Assembly: GCA_045617225.1 (NCBI GenBank)
Contig: JAZLIC010000099.1
Span: 1-30,898, forward strand
Origin: Clostridia bacterium
GTDB taxonomy: Bacteria > Bacillota > Clostridia > Monoglobales > Monoglobaceae
Direction: 5' to 3'
Length of the DNA stretch: 30,898 bases
Numbering within the stretch: position 1 is the first letter of the stretch; every line of letters begins with the position of its first letter. Of this stretch, positions 9,087 through 18,389 are shown one piece after another. A program made the translations under genes and the position numbers. The notes beneath the pieces were generated by a model. It was not told where the DNA came from. It did no database searches and saw only the letters and a program-made list of their open reading frames with translations.

Positions 9087-10249
9087 ACTCAAAAAACCCT
9101 TGGGGAATTTTAACAGGCATACGCCCTGCAAAGCTTGCTACCAAGCTACTTTGTGAGGGTGCAGATGACAATGCGGTCTTAAACTACTTCATCAAAGAAT
9201 GTGTCACAACGGAAAGCAAGGCGAGGCTTGCCCTGAATGTTGCCAAGACTGAAATGCCTATCCGAAAAAGTATATATGATGACGGCGTCAGCCTTTATAT
9301 CGGTATCCCATTCTGTCCCACAAGATGCCTTTATTGCTCATTCGTCACAAATGGTACAAAACAGGCGGCAAAGCTGATACCTGAGTATGTAGAATGCCTG
9401 AAAAAAGAAATCACATATACTGCTGAAATTATAAAGAATAACAGACAAAGGATTGAAACCGTATATATAGGCGGCGGCACCCCCACAACTCTTACGCCCG
9501 GTCAGCTTGCAGATTTGCTCCGCCACGTATGGGACAGCTTTGACTTATCTTATATAAAAGAGTTCACGGTTGAGGCAGGGCGTCCCGATACCATTACGGC
9601 AGAGAAGCTTGCAGTCCTTAAAGATTTTAAGGTTGACCGCATCAGTATAAATCCGCAGACAATGCACGATACAACCCTTCATACAATCGGAAGGGCGCAT
9701 AGTGCAGAGCAGATAAAAGATGCGGTTGTACTTGCAAAAGAGTATGACTTTAAGGCGATAAATATGGATATAATCGCAGGTCTGCCCGGAGAAGATTTGG
9801 AGATGTTTAAATCTACTCTAAGGCAGGTGTGTGACTTAAATCCCGAAAATATAACCGTTCATACCATGAGTATAAAACGCTCCTCTAAGCTTCATGAGGA
9901 TTTGGTAAACTATGACTTAACACAAGGTGAAACCGTGGCACAGATGGTTGACTTTGCGGCAAGCTATTTAGAGGAAAGGGGACTTTACCCCTACTACCTC
10001 TACCGTCAAAAAAACCAACTCGGCAATTTAGAAAATGTAGGCTATGCGAAGGACGGTTTAGAGGGACTTTATAATATCTATATTATGGAGGAAATCCAGA
10101 CTATTATCTCGTTAGGTTGCGGCGGCGTAACCAAAACCGTCGACAGGGAAACCGACCGAATAGAGCGAATATTTAATGTAAAAGAACCAAAGGATTATAT
10201 AGAACGTTTGGACGAAATGCTACACAGGAAAGATATACTGAGAGCGTAA
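9071..10249 (+). CDS. hemZ: HemZ/HemN-like radical SAM protein; start codon uncertain (non-canonical or ATG 9254)
   Basis: YIGIPFCPTRCLYCSF (CxxxCxxC), YIGGGTPT, EAGRPDT, YYLYRQKN. The frame is open from 9053 and encodes PWGILTGIRPAK at 9098-9133, upstream of the first ATG. Confidence 0.88.
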   Translation: MSDILNSKNPWGILTGIRPAKLATKLLCEGADDNAVLNYFIKECVTTESKARLALNVAKTEMPIRKSIYDDGVSLYIGIPFCPTRCLYCSFVTNGTKQAAKLIPEYVECLKKEITYTAEIIKNNRQRIETVYIGGGTPTTLTPGQLADLLRHVWDSFDLSYIKEFTVEAGRPDTITAEKLAVLKDFKVDRISINPQTMHDTTLHTIGRAHSAEQIKDAVVLAKEYDFKAINMDIIAGLPGEDLEMFKSTLRQVCDLNPENITVHTMSIKRSSKLHEDLVNYDLTQGETVAQMVDFAASYLEERGLYPYYLYRQKNQLGNLENVGYAKDGLEGLYNIYIMEEIQTIISLGCGGVTKTVDRETDRIERIFNVKEPKDYIERLDEMLHRKDILRA

Positions 10250-10417
10250 AATGAGTTCAAAATCCATACGAAAACAATCTAAATACGCTTTTATTTAAGT
10301 TTTTTTGCAATTAGAAAATTTTTAAATTGCCCAAACGGAATCTTGGGTCCGTTAAAGCGTGTCCGAATTACTATCGAATGGCTAATTTGGGATACGCAAA
10401 AGTGCCAATTCCCCGCA

Positions 10418-10538
10418 GGCATACGGGAAATGCGAAAAACAAATTTTCTGAATTATCGCCCAAGCCCTGTTCCGACCTGCCGCTCCCGGTCGGCAATGTA
10501 AAATTTGTTTTTCACGAGAGTCGTAATAAATCTTCAAA
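10418..10538 (-). repeat. Structured intergenic element, copy B
   Basis: Reverse complement matches copy A along its length. Outer stem GTGAAAAACAAATTTT / AAAATTTGTTTTTCGC; inner hairpin CCGACC-gggagcggca-GGTCGG. Confidence 0.85.
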
Positions 10539-10554
10539 CTATATTCTGCACACA

Positions 10555-10585
10555 AAAAGAGGCTTCCGAGCAGGAAGCCTCTTTT
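10555..10585. terminator. Intrinsic terminator after rpoC, probably bidirectional
   Basis: AAAAGAGGCTTCC-gagca-GGAAGCCTCTTTT, a perfect 13-bp inverted repeat with T tracts on both strands, between convergent hemZ and rpoC. Confidence 0.88.
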
Positions 10586-10603
10586 AAAGTATCTTTTGAA
10601 GAT

Positions 10604-13600
10604 TTATGCTTCTTCGCCGATGATTAAGTTCTCATCATTTAAAGCGTCTATTGCACCATAGCTTGGGAATACTTCGATATTATTATATGCCATAATACCT
10701 GTACCTGCCGGTACCAGCTTACCGATGATAACATTTTCTTTAAGGCCAAGCAACGGATCACACTTACCCTTAATCGCAGCATCTGTGAGTACACGTGTTG
10801 TTTCCTGGAAGGAAGCCGCAGAAAGGAATGAATCCGTAGCAAGAGCCGCCTTGGTAATACCCATCAATACAACACTGTATTCCGCAGGACGGCCGCCTGC
10901 TTCTACAACCTTGCGATTGATTTCTTCAAGCTCAAATACACTGATAAGTGTACCTGTGAGGATATCGGTATCGCCCGGGTCCTCTATCTTAACCTTGTGC
11001 ATCATCTGACGCACAATAACCTCGATATGCTTATCGTTGATATCAACACCTTGCAAACGATATACACGCTGTACTTCTTGAATAAAGTAATTCTGAACAG
11101 CTGTTTCGCCATTGATTGCAAGAATATCGTGCGGGTTAAGCGAACCTTCTGTAAGCGGGTCACCTGCCTCTAACTCTTGTCCATCTCTTACCTTCATTCT
11201 TGAACCAAATGGTATCAAGTATGTCTGTGCCTCGCCGTTTTCCTGATTTGTAACCGTGACTTCTCTCTTTTTATTTGTATCACTGATGGTTACCTTACCG
11301 GCAATCTCAGTAACAATAGCAACACCCTTAGGCTTTCTTGCTTCAAACAATTCCTCGACACGTGGAAGACCCTGTGTAATATCGTCACCTGCGACACCGC
11401 CGGCATGGAAGGTACGCATTGTAAGCTGAGTACCCGGCTCACCGATTGACTGTGCGGCAATGATACCTACTGTTTCACCAACATTTACAAGCTTTCCGTT
11501 TGCAAGGTTCTGTCCGTAACACTTTGCGCAAACACCAACCTTACTGTGGCACTTAACAACCGAACGGATTTTAACTTCTTTGATACCTGCATCAACGATA
11601 GCCTTAGCCTGGTCATGTGTAATCATTTCATTGTTAAAGACAAGTATTTCGCCTGTCTTGGGGTTAACTACATCACCGATAACCGTTCTGCCTTCAAGTC
11701 TGTCAAGCATCGGCTCGATAACTTCGTTACCATCCATAATGTCGGATACGATAATACCTTCTGTTGTACCACAATCATCTTCACGAACGATAACTTCCTG
11801 TGATACATCAACCAAACGTCTTGTCAAATAACCTGAGTCCGCAGTACGAAGTGCGGTATCGGTAAGACCTTTACGTGCACCGTGTGTTGAAATGAAGTAT
11901 TCAAGTACTGTAAGACCTTCACGGAAATTAGCCTTAATCGGAATTTCAATGGTACGACCTGATGTATCAGCCATAAGACCACGCATTGCGGCAAGCTGTC
12001 TAATCTGGTTTACGCTACCACGGGCGCCGGAGTTAGCCATCATATAAATTGGGTTAAGCTGCTCCAAGTTATTCATAAGTGCGTCTGTAACCTTATCCGA
12101 GGTTTCGTTCCAGATATTGATAACCTGATTATAACGCTCCTCATCGGATAAAAGACCACGGCGGAAGTTCTTGACAATCTTTTCGATTGCTTCGTCTGCT
12201 TCCTTAAGATACTGCTTCTTCTCCTCAGGAATTTTCATATCGGATACGCCGACGGTTATTGCGCCGACTGTCGAGTACTTATAACCCATAGCCTTGATGT
12301 TATCAAGAAGTCCGGCAGTATCGGTGATACCGTTAATCTTAATGCTTGCGTCAATAATCTTACCCAAAATCTTTTTGTCAACGCCCGGCTCTACATTATC
12401 GCCAATCTTTGCCTTAGCGGCAGGACGCTTTAAGATATTGTCGCCGATTTCCAAGTCTAAAATATGTTCAGGGTCTGTTCTGTCAACAAATCCTAAATTC
12501 TGCGGAATCTTCTCATTAAATATCAATCTGCCGACAGTAGCATCAATCAAGCCTGTCTTTTCTTCACCGTTTACAGTTTTGGTTATGCGAACTTTAATAG
12601 GTGCATGCAAACCGACTGCTCCATTGTAATAAGCCAAAGTAGCCTCATTGAATGAGCCAAACACTTTGCCTGTACCGATTTCACGGTCATCTTTAAGTGT
12701 AAGATAATAACTGCCGAGAACCATATCCTGTGTAGGAACGGTAACAGGCTTACCATCCTGCGGCTTTATAAGATTGTTTGCAGAGAGCATCAAAAATCTT
12801 GCTTCTGCCTGAGCCTCTGCTGAAAGCGGAAGGTGAACAGCCATCTGGTCACCATCGAAGTCCGCATTAAATGCAGTACATACAAGCGGATGAAGTTTAA
12901 GTGCCTTACCTTCTACCAAAACAGGTTCAAACGCCTGAATACCAAGGCGGTGAAGTGTTGGCGCACGGTTAAGAAGTACCGGATGTTCTGAAATAACATC
13001 CTCTAAAACATCCCAAACCTCAGGCTTTACACGCTCTACCATACGCTTTGCAGACTTGATATTGTGTGCCAAGCCATCGTTTACAAGCTTACGCATAACG
13101 AATGGCTTGAAAAGCTCCAATGCCATCTTCTTAGGAAGACCGCACTGATAGATTTTAAGTTCAGGGCCTACAACGATAACAGAACGGCCTGAATAGTCAA
13201 CACGTTTACCCAAAAGGTTTTGACGGAAACGTCCCTGCTTACCTTTAAGCATATCCGAAAGGGATTTAAGCGGTCTGTTTCCGGGACCTGTAACCGGTCT
13301 GCCACGTCTGCCGTTGTCAATTAACGCATCTACTGCTTCCTGGAGCATACGCTTTTCGTTTCTGACAATAATTTCAGGTGCGCCCAAATCCAAAAGACGC
13401 TTTAATCTGTTGTTTCTGTTTATAACTCTGCGGTACAAATCGTTAAGGTCGGAAGTTGCAAATCTGCCGCCGTCCAACTGAACCATAGGACGGATTTCCG
13501 GCGGAATAACAGGAATAACTGTCATAATCATCCACTCCGGCTTATTGCCTGAATGTCTGAACGCTTCAACTACCTCCAAACGACGGACTGTACGGATTTT

Positions 13601-14206
13601 CTTCTGTCCTTTTGCACCGTCTAAATCAGCTTTAAGTTCCTCATACAATGCGTCAAGGTCGATATCTCTAAGCATTTCAAGAATAGCCTCTGCACCCATT
13701 CCGGCACGGAACATATCACCGTACTTTTCGGTATACTCACGATACTCCTTCTCGGAAAGTATCTGATTTTTCATAAGTGATGTTCTGCCCGGGTCTATTA
13801 CCACATAAGCGGCAAAATAGAGGACCTTTTCAAGCGCACGAGGTGACATATCAAGTATAAGTCCCATTCTGCTTGGGATACCCTTAAAGTACCAAATGTG
13901 TGAAACAGGTACTGCAAGCTCTATATGTCCCATACGCTCACGACGCACCTTACTGCGTGTTACTTCAACGCCGCAACGGTCACAAACAACACCCTTGTAG
14001 CGGACACGCTTATACTTACCGCAGTGACACTCCCAGTCCTTCTGCGGACCAAATATTCTCTCACAGAACAAACCGTCCTTTTCGGGCTTTAATGTTCTGT
14101 AATTTATTGTTTCAGGCTTCTTTACCTCGCCTCTTGACCACTCCCTGATTTTTTCGGGAGAAGCAAGTCCAATTTGTATTGCCTCAAAATTTTGATATTC
14201 GCTCAT
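10604..14206 (-). CDS. rpoC: RNA polymerase beta' subunit
   Basis: N-terminal Zn finger (CHCGKYK...CDRC), NADFDGDQM catalytic loop, [13 protein letters not shown]. Probable start MSEYQNF at 14206 (SD GGAAAGG). Confidence 0.99.
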   Translation of the reverse strand: MSEYQNFEAIQIGLASPEKIREWSRGEVKKPETINYRTLKPEKDGLFCERIFGPQKDWECHCGKYKRVRYKGVVCDRCGVEVTRSKVRRERMGHIELAVPVSHIWYFKGIPSRMGLILDMSPRALEKVLYFAAYVVIDPGRTSLMKNQILSEKEYREYTEKYGDMFRAGMGAEAILEMLRDIDLDALYEELKADLDGAKGQKKIRTVRRLEVVEAFRHSGNKPEWMIMTVIPVIPPEIRPMVQLDGGRFATSDLNDLYRRVINRNNRLKRLLDLGAPEIIVRNEKRMLQEAVDALIDNGRRGRPVTGPGNRPLKSLSDMLKGKQGRFRQNLLGKRVDYSGRSVIVVGPELKIYQCGLPKKMALELFKPFVMRKLVNDGLAHNIKSAKRMVERVKPEVWDVLEDVISEHPVLLNRAPTLHRLGIQAFEPVLVEGKALKLHPLVCTAFNADFDGDQMAVHLPLSAEAQAEARFLMLSANNLIKPQDGKPVTVPTQDMVLGSYYLTLKDDREIGTGKVFGSFNEATLAYYNGAVGLHAPIKVRITKTVNGEEKTGLIDATVGRLIFNEKIPQNLGFVDRTDPEHILDLEIGDNILKRPAAKAKIGDNVEPGVDKKILGKIIDASIKINGITDTAGLLDNIKAMGYKYSTVGAITVGVSDMKIPEEKKQYLKEADEAIEKIVKNFRRGLLSDEERYNQVINIWNETSDKVTDALMNNLEQLNPIYMMANSGARGSVNQIRQLAAMRGLMADTSGRTIEIPIKANFREGLTVLEYFISTHGARKGLTDTALRTADSGYLTRRLVDVSQEVIVREDDCGTTEGIIVSDIMDGNEVIEPMLDRLEGRTVIGDVVNPKTGEILVFNNEMITHDQAKAIVDAGIKEVKIRSVVKCHSKVGVCAKCYGQNLANGKLVNVGETVGIIAAQSIGEPGTQLTMRTFHAGGVAGDDITQGLPRVEELFEARKPKGVAIVTEIAGKVTISDTNKKREVTVTNQENGEAQTYLIPFGSRMKVRDGQELEAGDPLTEGSLNPHDILAINGETAVQNYFIQEVQRVYRLQGVDINDKHIEVIVRQMMHKVKIEDPGDTDILTGTLISVFELEEINRKVVEAGGRPAEYSVVLMGITKAALATDSFLSAASFQETTRVLTDAAIKGKCDPLLGLKENVIIGKLVPAGTGIMAYNNIEVFPSYGAIDALNDENLIIGEEA

Positions 14207-14294
14207 AATGACCATGCCTTTCCAACTCACAAATTTTCATCTTTCGCCTGCTGTGAGCTCCACAGACAAATATAACGCCTAATATCAACGAAGC

Positions 14295-17200
14295 TTAGAA
14301 CATATCGTCATAATCATCTTCGTCATCATCGAAATCTTCTTCCTCTGCAAGTTCATCAATAGAAGCAATGTCATCCGGGTCTTCAAAAACATCAATCTCG
14401 TCATCGGTGACTTCGCCTAATACTTTTGCCAACTCGTCATCTTCATCGCTTTCCAAAAGAATGTCATCAAGATCGTCATCATCGTCATCTTCCTCAAAAC
14501 GAGGCATATTGACTTTGTCATCATCGTCTTCTTCAACGCCTGCAATGTTAACCGGGAGTTCGTCCGGCTCATCGTCCATAGACTCACGAAGGATAACCTC
14601 GTCACCGTTTTCGTCCAATACCTTGATATCAAGAGCCAAACTTTGAAGTTCCTTTATCAAAACCTTAAACGACTCCGGTACACCCGGCTCAGGTACATTA
14701 TCACCTTTAACGATTGCTTCATAAGTCTTAACACGTCCTACAACGTCATCAGACTTTACCGTCAATATTTCCTGGAGGGTGTAAGCCGCACCGTATGCTT
14801 CAAGAGCCCAAACCTCCATCTCACCGAAACGCTGACCGCCGAACTGTGCTTTACCACCAAGAGGCTGCTGCGTAACAAGTGAGTATGGACCTGTTGAACG
14901 TGCGTGGATTTTATCATCAACCAAGTGAGCAAGCTTCAAATAATGCATATAACCAACTGTAACCTTATTATCAAAAGGTTCGCCGGTACGACCATCATAG
15001 AGAACTGTCTTACCGTCACGGTCATAGCCTGCCGCCTCTAAGGCATCCATAATATCTTCCTCGTTTGCGCCGTCAAACACAGGTGTCGCAATCTTCCAGC
15101 CGAGAGCCTTCGCCGCATATCCCAAGTGAACTTCAAGAACCTGTCCGATATTCATACGAGAAGGAACACCCAATGGATTAAGAACAATCTGAAGCGGTGT
15201 ACCGTCAGGAAGGAATGGCATATCCTCCTCAGGCAAAATTCTTGAAATAACGCCTTTGTTACCATGACGGCCTGCCATCTTATCGCCGACTGAAATCTTT
15301 CTCTTCTGAGCGATATAACAACGCACAACCTGATTTACACCCGGAGGCAACTCATCGCCATTGGCTCTTGTGAATACTTTTACATCTACGATAACACCGT
15401 ATTCACCGTGAGGAACACGGAGTGATGTATCACGCACTTCACGAGCCTTCTCACCAAAGATTGCACGGAGCAGTCTTTCCTCGGCGGTAAGTTCTGTTTC
15501 ACCCTTAGGTGTAACCTTACCTACAAGAATGTCACCGCTCTCTACCTCTGCACCGATGCGGATAATACCGCGCTCATCCAAGTTGCGAAGGGCATCTTCG
15601 CCTACGTTCGGAATATCACGGGTAATCTCCTCTTGACCGAGCTTTGTATCACGAGCTTCAATCTCGTATTCTTCAATATGGATAGATGTGAATACATCTT
15701 CCTTAACCAACTTTTCGTTAATCAGAATAGCATCCTCGTAGTTATAACCTTCCCAAGTCATAAATCCGATAAGGATATTTCTGCCAAGTCCGATTTCACC
15801 GTTTGATGTAGAAGGACCGTCTGCGATAATATCGCCTTCCTCTACCCTCTCACCATGTGAAACGATAGGACGCTGGTTAACACAGGTACACTGGTTACTG
15901 CGTGTAAATTTGATGAGCTTATAATTATCAAGTTCACCGTCATCGTTGCGGATAACGATTTCCTTAGCGGAAACCTTCTCTACAACGCCGCCCTTCTTGG
16001 CAAGAACACAAACGCCCGAATCACGAGCCGCTTTATATTCCATACCTGTACCGATAATCGGTGATTCCGGCATCAAAAGCGGTACCGCCTGACGCTGCAT
16101 GTTTGAGCCCATGAGCGCACGGTTAGCATCGTCGTTTTCAAGGAACGGTATCATCGCTGTTGCGATTGACATAACCTGTCTTGGTGATACGTCCATATAG
16201 TCAACACGGTTTGTAGGAATTTCGATAAATTCATCTCTGTGTCTTGTAACAATCTTCTTATTTATAAATTTATCATTCTCGTCCAAAGGCTCATTCGCCT
16301 GTGCAACATAATATCTGTCCTCTACATCGGCAGTCATATAAACAACTTCGTCGGTAACCTTTCCGTTCTCCTGGTCAACCTTGCGATAAGGTGTTTCAAT
16401 GAAGCCGTATTCATTTACACGAGCAAAACCGCTGAGCGAGTTGATAAGACCAATGTTAGGACCTTCAGGTGTTTCAATAGGACACATTCTGCCATAGTGT
16501 GAATGGTGAACGTCACGAACCTCAAAACCTGCACGCTCTCTTGAAAGACCGCCCGGGCCCAATGCAGATAATCTGCGCTTATGCGTCAGCTCACCAAGTG
16601 GGTTAATCTGGTCCATAAACTGTGACAACTGCGAGGAACCGAAGAATTCCTTAATAGCCGACGTCACCGGCTTGATATTTATAAGTGTCTGCGGTGCGAT
16701 TACATCTAAATCCTGGATTGTCATACGCTCACGCACTACACGTTCCATTCTTGCAAGACCGATACGGAACTGATTTTGCAAAAGCTCACCAACACTTCTG
16801 AGTCGTCTGTTGCCCAAGTGGTCGATATCATCAACATCACCCACACCTGCTGCCAAGTTGCCGATATAAGAAATTGAAGCGATAATATCATCAATTAAAA
16901 TATGGCGTGGCATCAAGTCATCTCGTCTGTCATTTAACTCTGTCTTAAATTCCTCTGAGTTGGGGTCAGGATACTTTTCTAAGATTTCGTCCAAAATACT
17001 GTGACGCACACGGTCAGTAATGCCGCAAGTGCGTGGATTATATTCCAACTCCTTGCCTGTTCTTACCAACAAGTAATCAGCAAGGTCTACCATAGCATTT
17101 GCAATAACCTTTGTCTTTGTACCGTCAACATCAAGTACGATAGTATTTACAGCGTGTGCTTCAAGAGTCATTGCGATTTCTTCTGTAACAACATCGCCTG

Positions 17201-18140
17201 CGGCAAGCAAAACCTCGCCTGTTGCTTCGTCAACAACATTTTCCGCACTTGTAAAGCCTACAATACGGTTGAGCATTCTAAGCTTTTTATTAAACTTATA
17301 ACGGCCTACCTTAGCAAGGTCATAACGTCTTGGGTCAAAGAAAAGATTTGTAATCAAAGACTGAGCACTCTCAACCGTAGGCGGTTCGCCCGGGCGGAGC
17401 TTTCTGTATACTTCAAGCAAGCCTTCCTCTTCCGAAGTGGTAGTATCCTTAGCCATTGTAGCAAGCAATCTTTCATCTTCACCGAAAAGTTCGGTAATTT
17501 GTGCGTTAGTGCCAAAGCCCAAGGCACGAATCAAAACCGTTACCGGGATTTTACGGTTACGGTCAATGCGAACATAATAAACATCGTTGCTATCGGTTTC
17601 ATATTCAAGCCAAGCACCACGGTTAGGTATAACCTGTGATGAAAAGAGCTTCTTGCCGACCTTGTCATAGTCCTGCGCATAATATACGCTTGGAGCACGA
17701 ACAAGCTGAGATACAATTACACGCTCAGCACCGTTTATGATAAATGTGCCCGACGGTGACATTATAGGGAAATCGCCCATAAAGATTTCCTGCTCCTTAA
17801 CCTCACCTATCTCCTTATTTATCAAACGGACTTTTACACGAAGAGGCGCCGCATATGTAGCATCCCTTTCCTTACACTCCTCAATATCATACTTAGTCTC
17901 TGAATCGAGCCTGTAATCAATAAACTCAAGGATTAAGTTTCCTGTATAATCCGTAATGGGGGAAACATCGTGAAAGACCTCTTTAAGTCCTTCTTCCAAA
18001 AACCAATTATAGGAATTCTTCTGGATTTCGATTAAGTTAGGCATATCCAAAATCTCATGGATTTTGCCATAACTCATACGTGTGTTTTTCCCCAGATGGA
18101 TCTCATGTACTCCCAAATCGCTTTTCGTTGGATGTGCCAT
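14295..18140 (-). CDS. rpoB: RNA polymerase beta subunit
   Basis: [16 protein letters not shown], rifampicin cluster [54 protein letters not shown] 18140 follows SD GAGGTG. Confidence 0.99.
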   Translation of the reverse strand: MAHPTKSDLGVHEIHLGKNTRMSYGKIHEILDMPNLIEIQKNSYNWFLEEGLKEVFHDVSPITDYTGNLILEFIDYRLDSETKYDIEECKERDATYAAPLRVKVRLINKEIGEVKEQEIFMGDFPIMSPSGTFIINGAERVIVSQLVRAPSVYYAQDYDKVGKKLFSSQVIPNRGAWLEYETDSNDVYYVRIDRNRKIPVTVLIRALGFGTNAQITELFGEDERLLATMAKDTTTSEEEGLLEVYRKLRPGEPPTVESAQSLITNLFFDPRRYDLAKVGRYKFNKKLRMLNRIVGFTSAENVVDEATGEVLLAAGDVVTEEIAMTLEAHAVNTIVLDVDGTKTKVIANAMVDLADYLLVRTGKELEYNPRTCGITDRVRHSILDEILEKYPDPNSEEFKTELNDRRDDLMPRHILIDDIIASISYIGNLAAGVGDVDDIDHLGNRRLRSVGELLQNQFRIGLARMERVVRERMTIQDLDVIAPQTLINIKPVTSAIKEFFGSSQLSQFMDQINPLGELTHKRRLSALGPGGLSRERAGFEVRDVHHSHYGRMCPIETPEGPNIGLINSLSGFARVNEYGFIETPYRKVDQENGKVTDEVVYMTADVEDRYYVAQANEPLDENDKFINKKIVTRHRDEFIEIPTNRVDYMDVSPRQVMSIATAMIPFLENDDANRALMGSNMQRQAVPLLMPESPIIGTGMEYKAARDSGVCVLAKKGGVVEKVSAKEIVIRNDDGELDNYKLIKFTRSNQCTCVNQRPIVSHGERVEEGDIIADGPSTSNGEIGLGRNILIGFMTWEGYNYEDAILINEKLVKEDVFTSIHIEEYEIEARDTKLGQEEITRDIPNVGEDALRNLDERGIIRIGAEVESGDILVGKVTPKGETELTAEERLLRAIFGEKAREVRDTSLRVPHGEYGVIVDVKVFTRANGDELPPGVNQVVRCYIAQKRKISVGDKMAGRHGNKGVISRILPEEDMPFLPDGTPLQIVLNPLGVPSRMNIGQVLEVHLGYAAKALGWKIATPVFDGANEEDIMDALEAAGYDRDGKTVLYDGRTGEPFDNKVTVGYMHYLKLAHLVDDKIHARSTGPYSLVTQQPLGGKAQFGGQRFGEMEVWALEAYGAAYTLQEILTVKSDDVVGRVKTYEAIVKGDNVPEPGVPESFKVLIKELQSLALDIKVLDENGDEVILRESMDDEPDELPVNIAGVEEDDDDKVNMPRFEEDDDDDDLDDILLESDEDDELAKVLGEVTDDEIDVFEDPDDIASIDELAEEEDFDDDEDDYDDMF

Positions 18141-18222
18141 AAAATCGATCACCTCGTTAAAATTTTATTTATAATATTATCACACTGTTTTAATTAAATT
18201 TCCGGAAATTTTTTACCTGCCC

Positions 18223-18251
18223 TTGCGAAGCCCGTTTTTTTGTGATATACT
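18223..18251 (+). promoter_or_regulatory. Candidate sigma-A promoter for the SLH protein gene
   Basis: TTGCGA-17 bp-TATACT with extended -10 (TGA-TATACT). Confidence 0.6.
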
Positions 18252-18335
18252 ACTTCAAAAACAGTCCAAAAAGACGCATAAAATCAATACTTCGTTCCAA
18301 AAATACGCAAAAAACTGCATGATAAACAGATAGGT

Positions 18336-18364
18336 AGTATATCATATAAATATGGGTTTGTCAA
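18336..18364 (-). promoter_or_regulatory. sigma-A promoter for rpoBC
   Basis: Minus strand TTGACA-17 bp-TATACT with extended -10 (TGA-TATACT). Confidence 0.78.
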
Positions 18365-18389
18365 TACATTTCGAAAGGATTTTTTAAAA

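Noticed and set aside
9082-9088. TTTAAAC classic -1 slippery heptamer at the MBL/hemZ junction
   Set aside because: The heptamer is phased in the hemZ frame, so the standard -1 slip would lead out of hemZ, not into it from the MBL gene.
10327-10587. 86-aa ORF across element copy B
   Set aside because: TTG start with no SD, runs through the hairpins and the terminator, and has no recognisable motif.
14368-14646. Ser-rich and other antisense or alternate-frame ORFs over rpoB, and similar ORFs over mutS2, recJ, rel and rpoC
   Set aside because: Shadow ORFs caused by the codon bias of the real genes (for example GAY/GAR runs read as Ser). No independent signals.
16560-16640. RpoB rifampicin cluster I variant DQINPLGEL
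   Set aside because: The key Q, D, H, R and S residues are intact and G at this position is common in Clostridia. No support for resistance.
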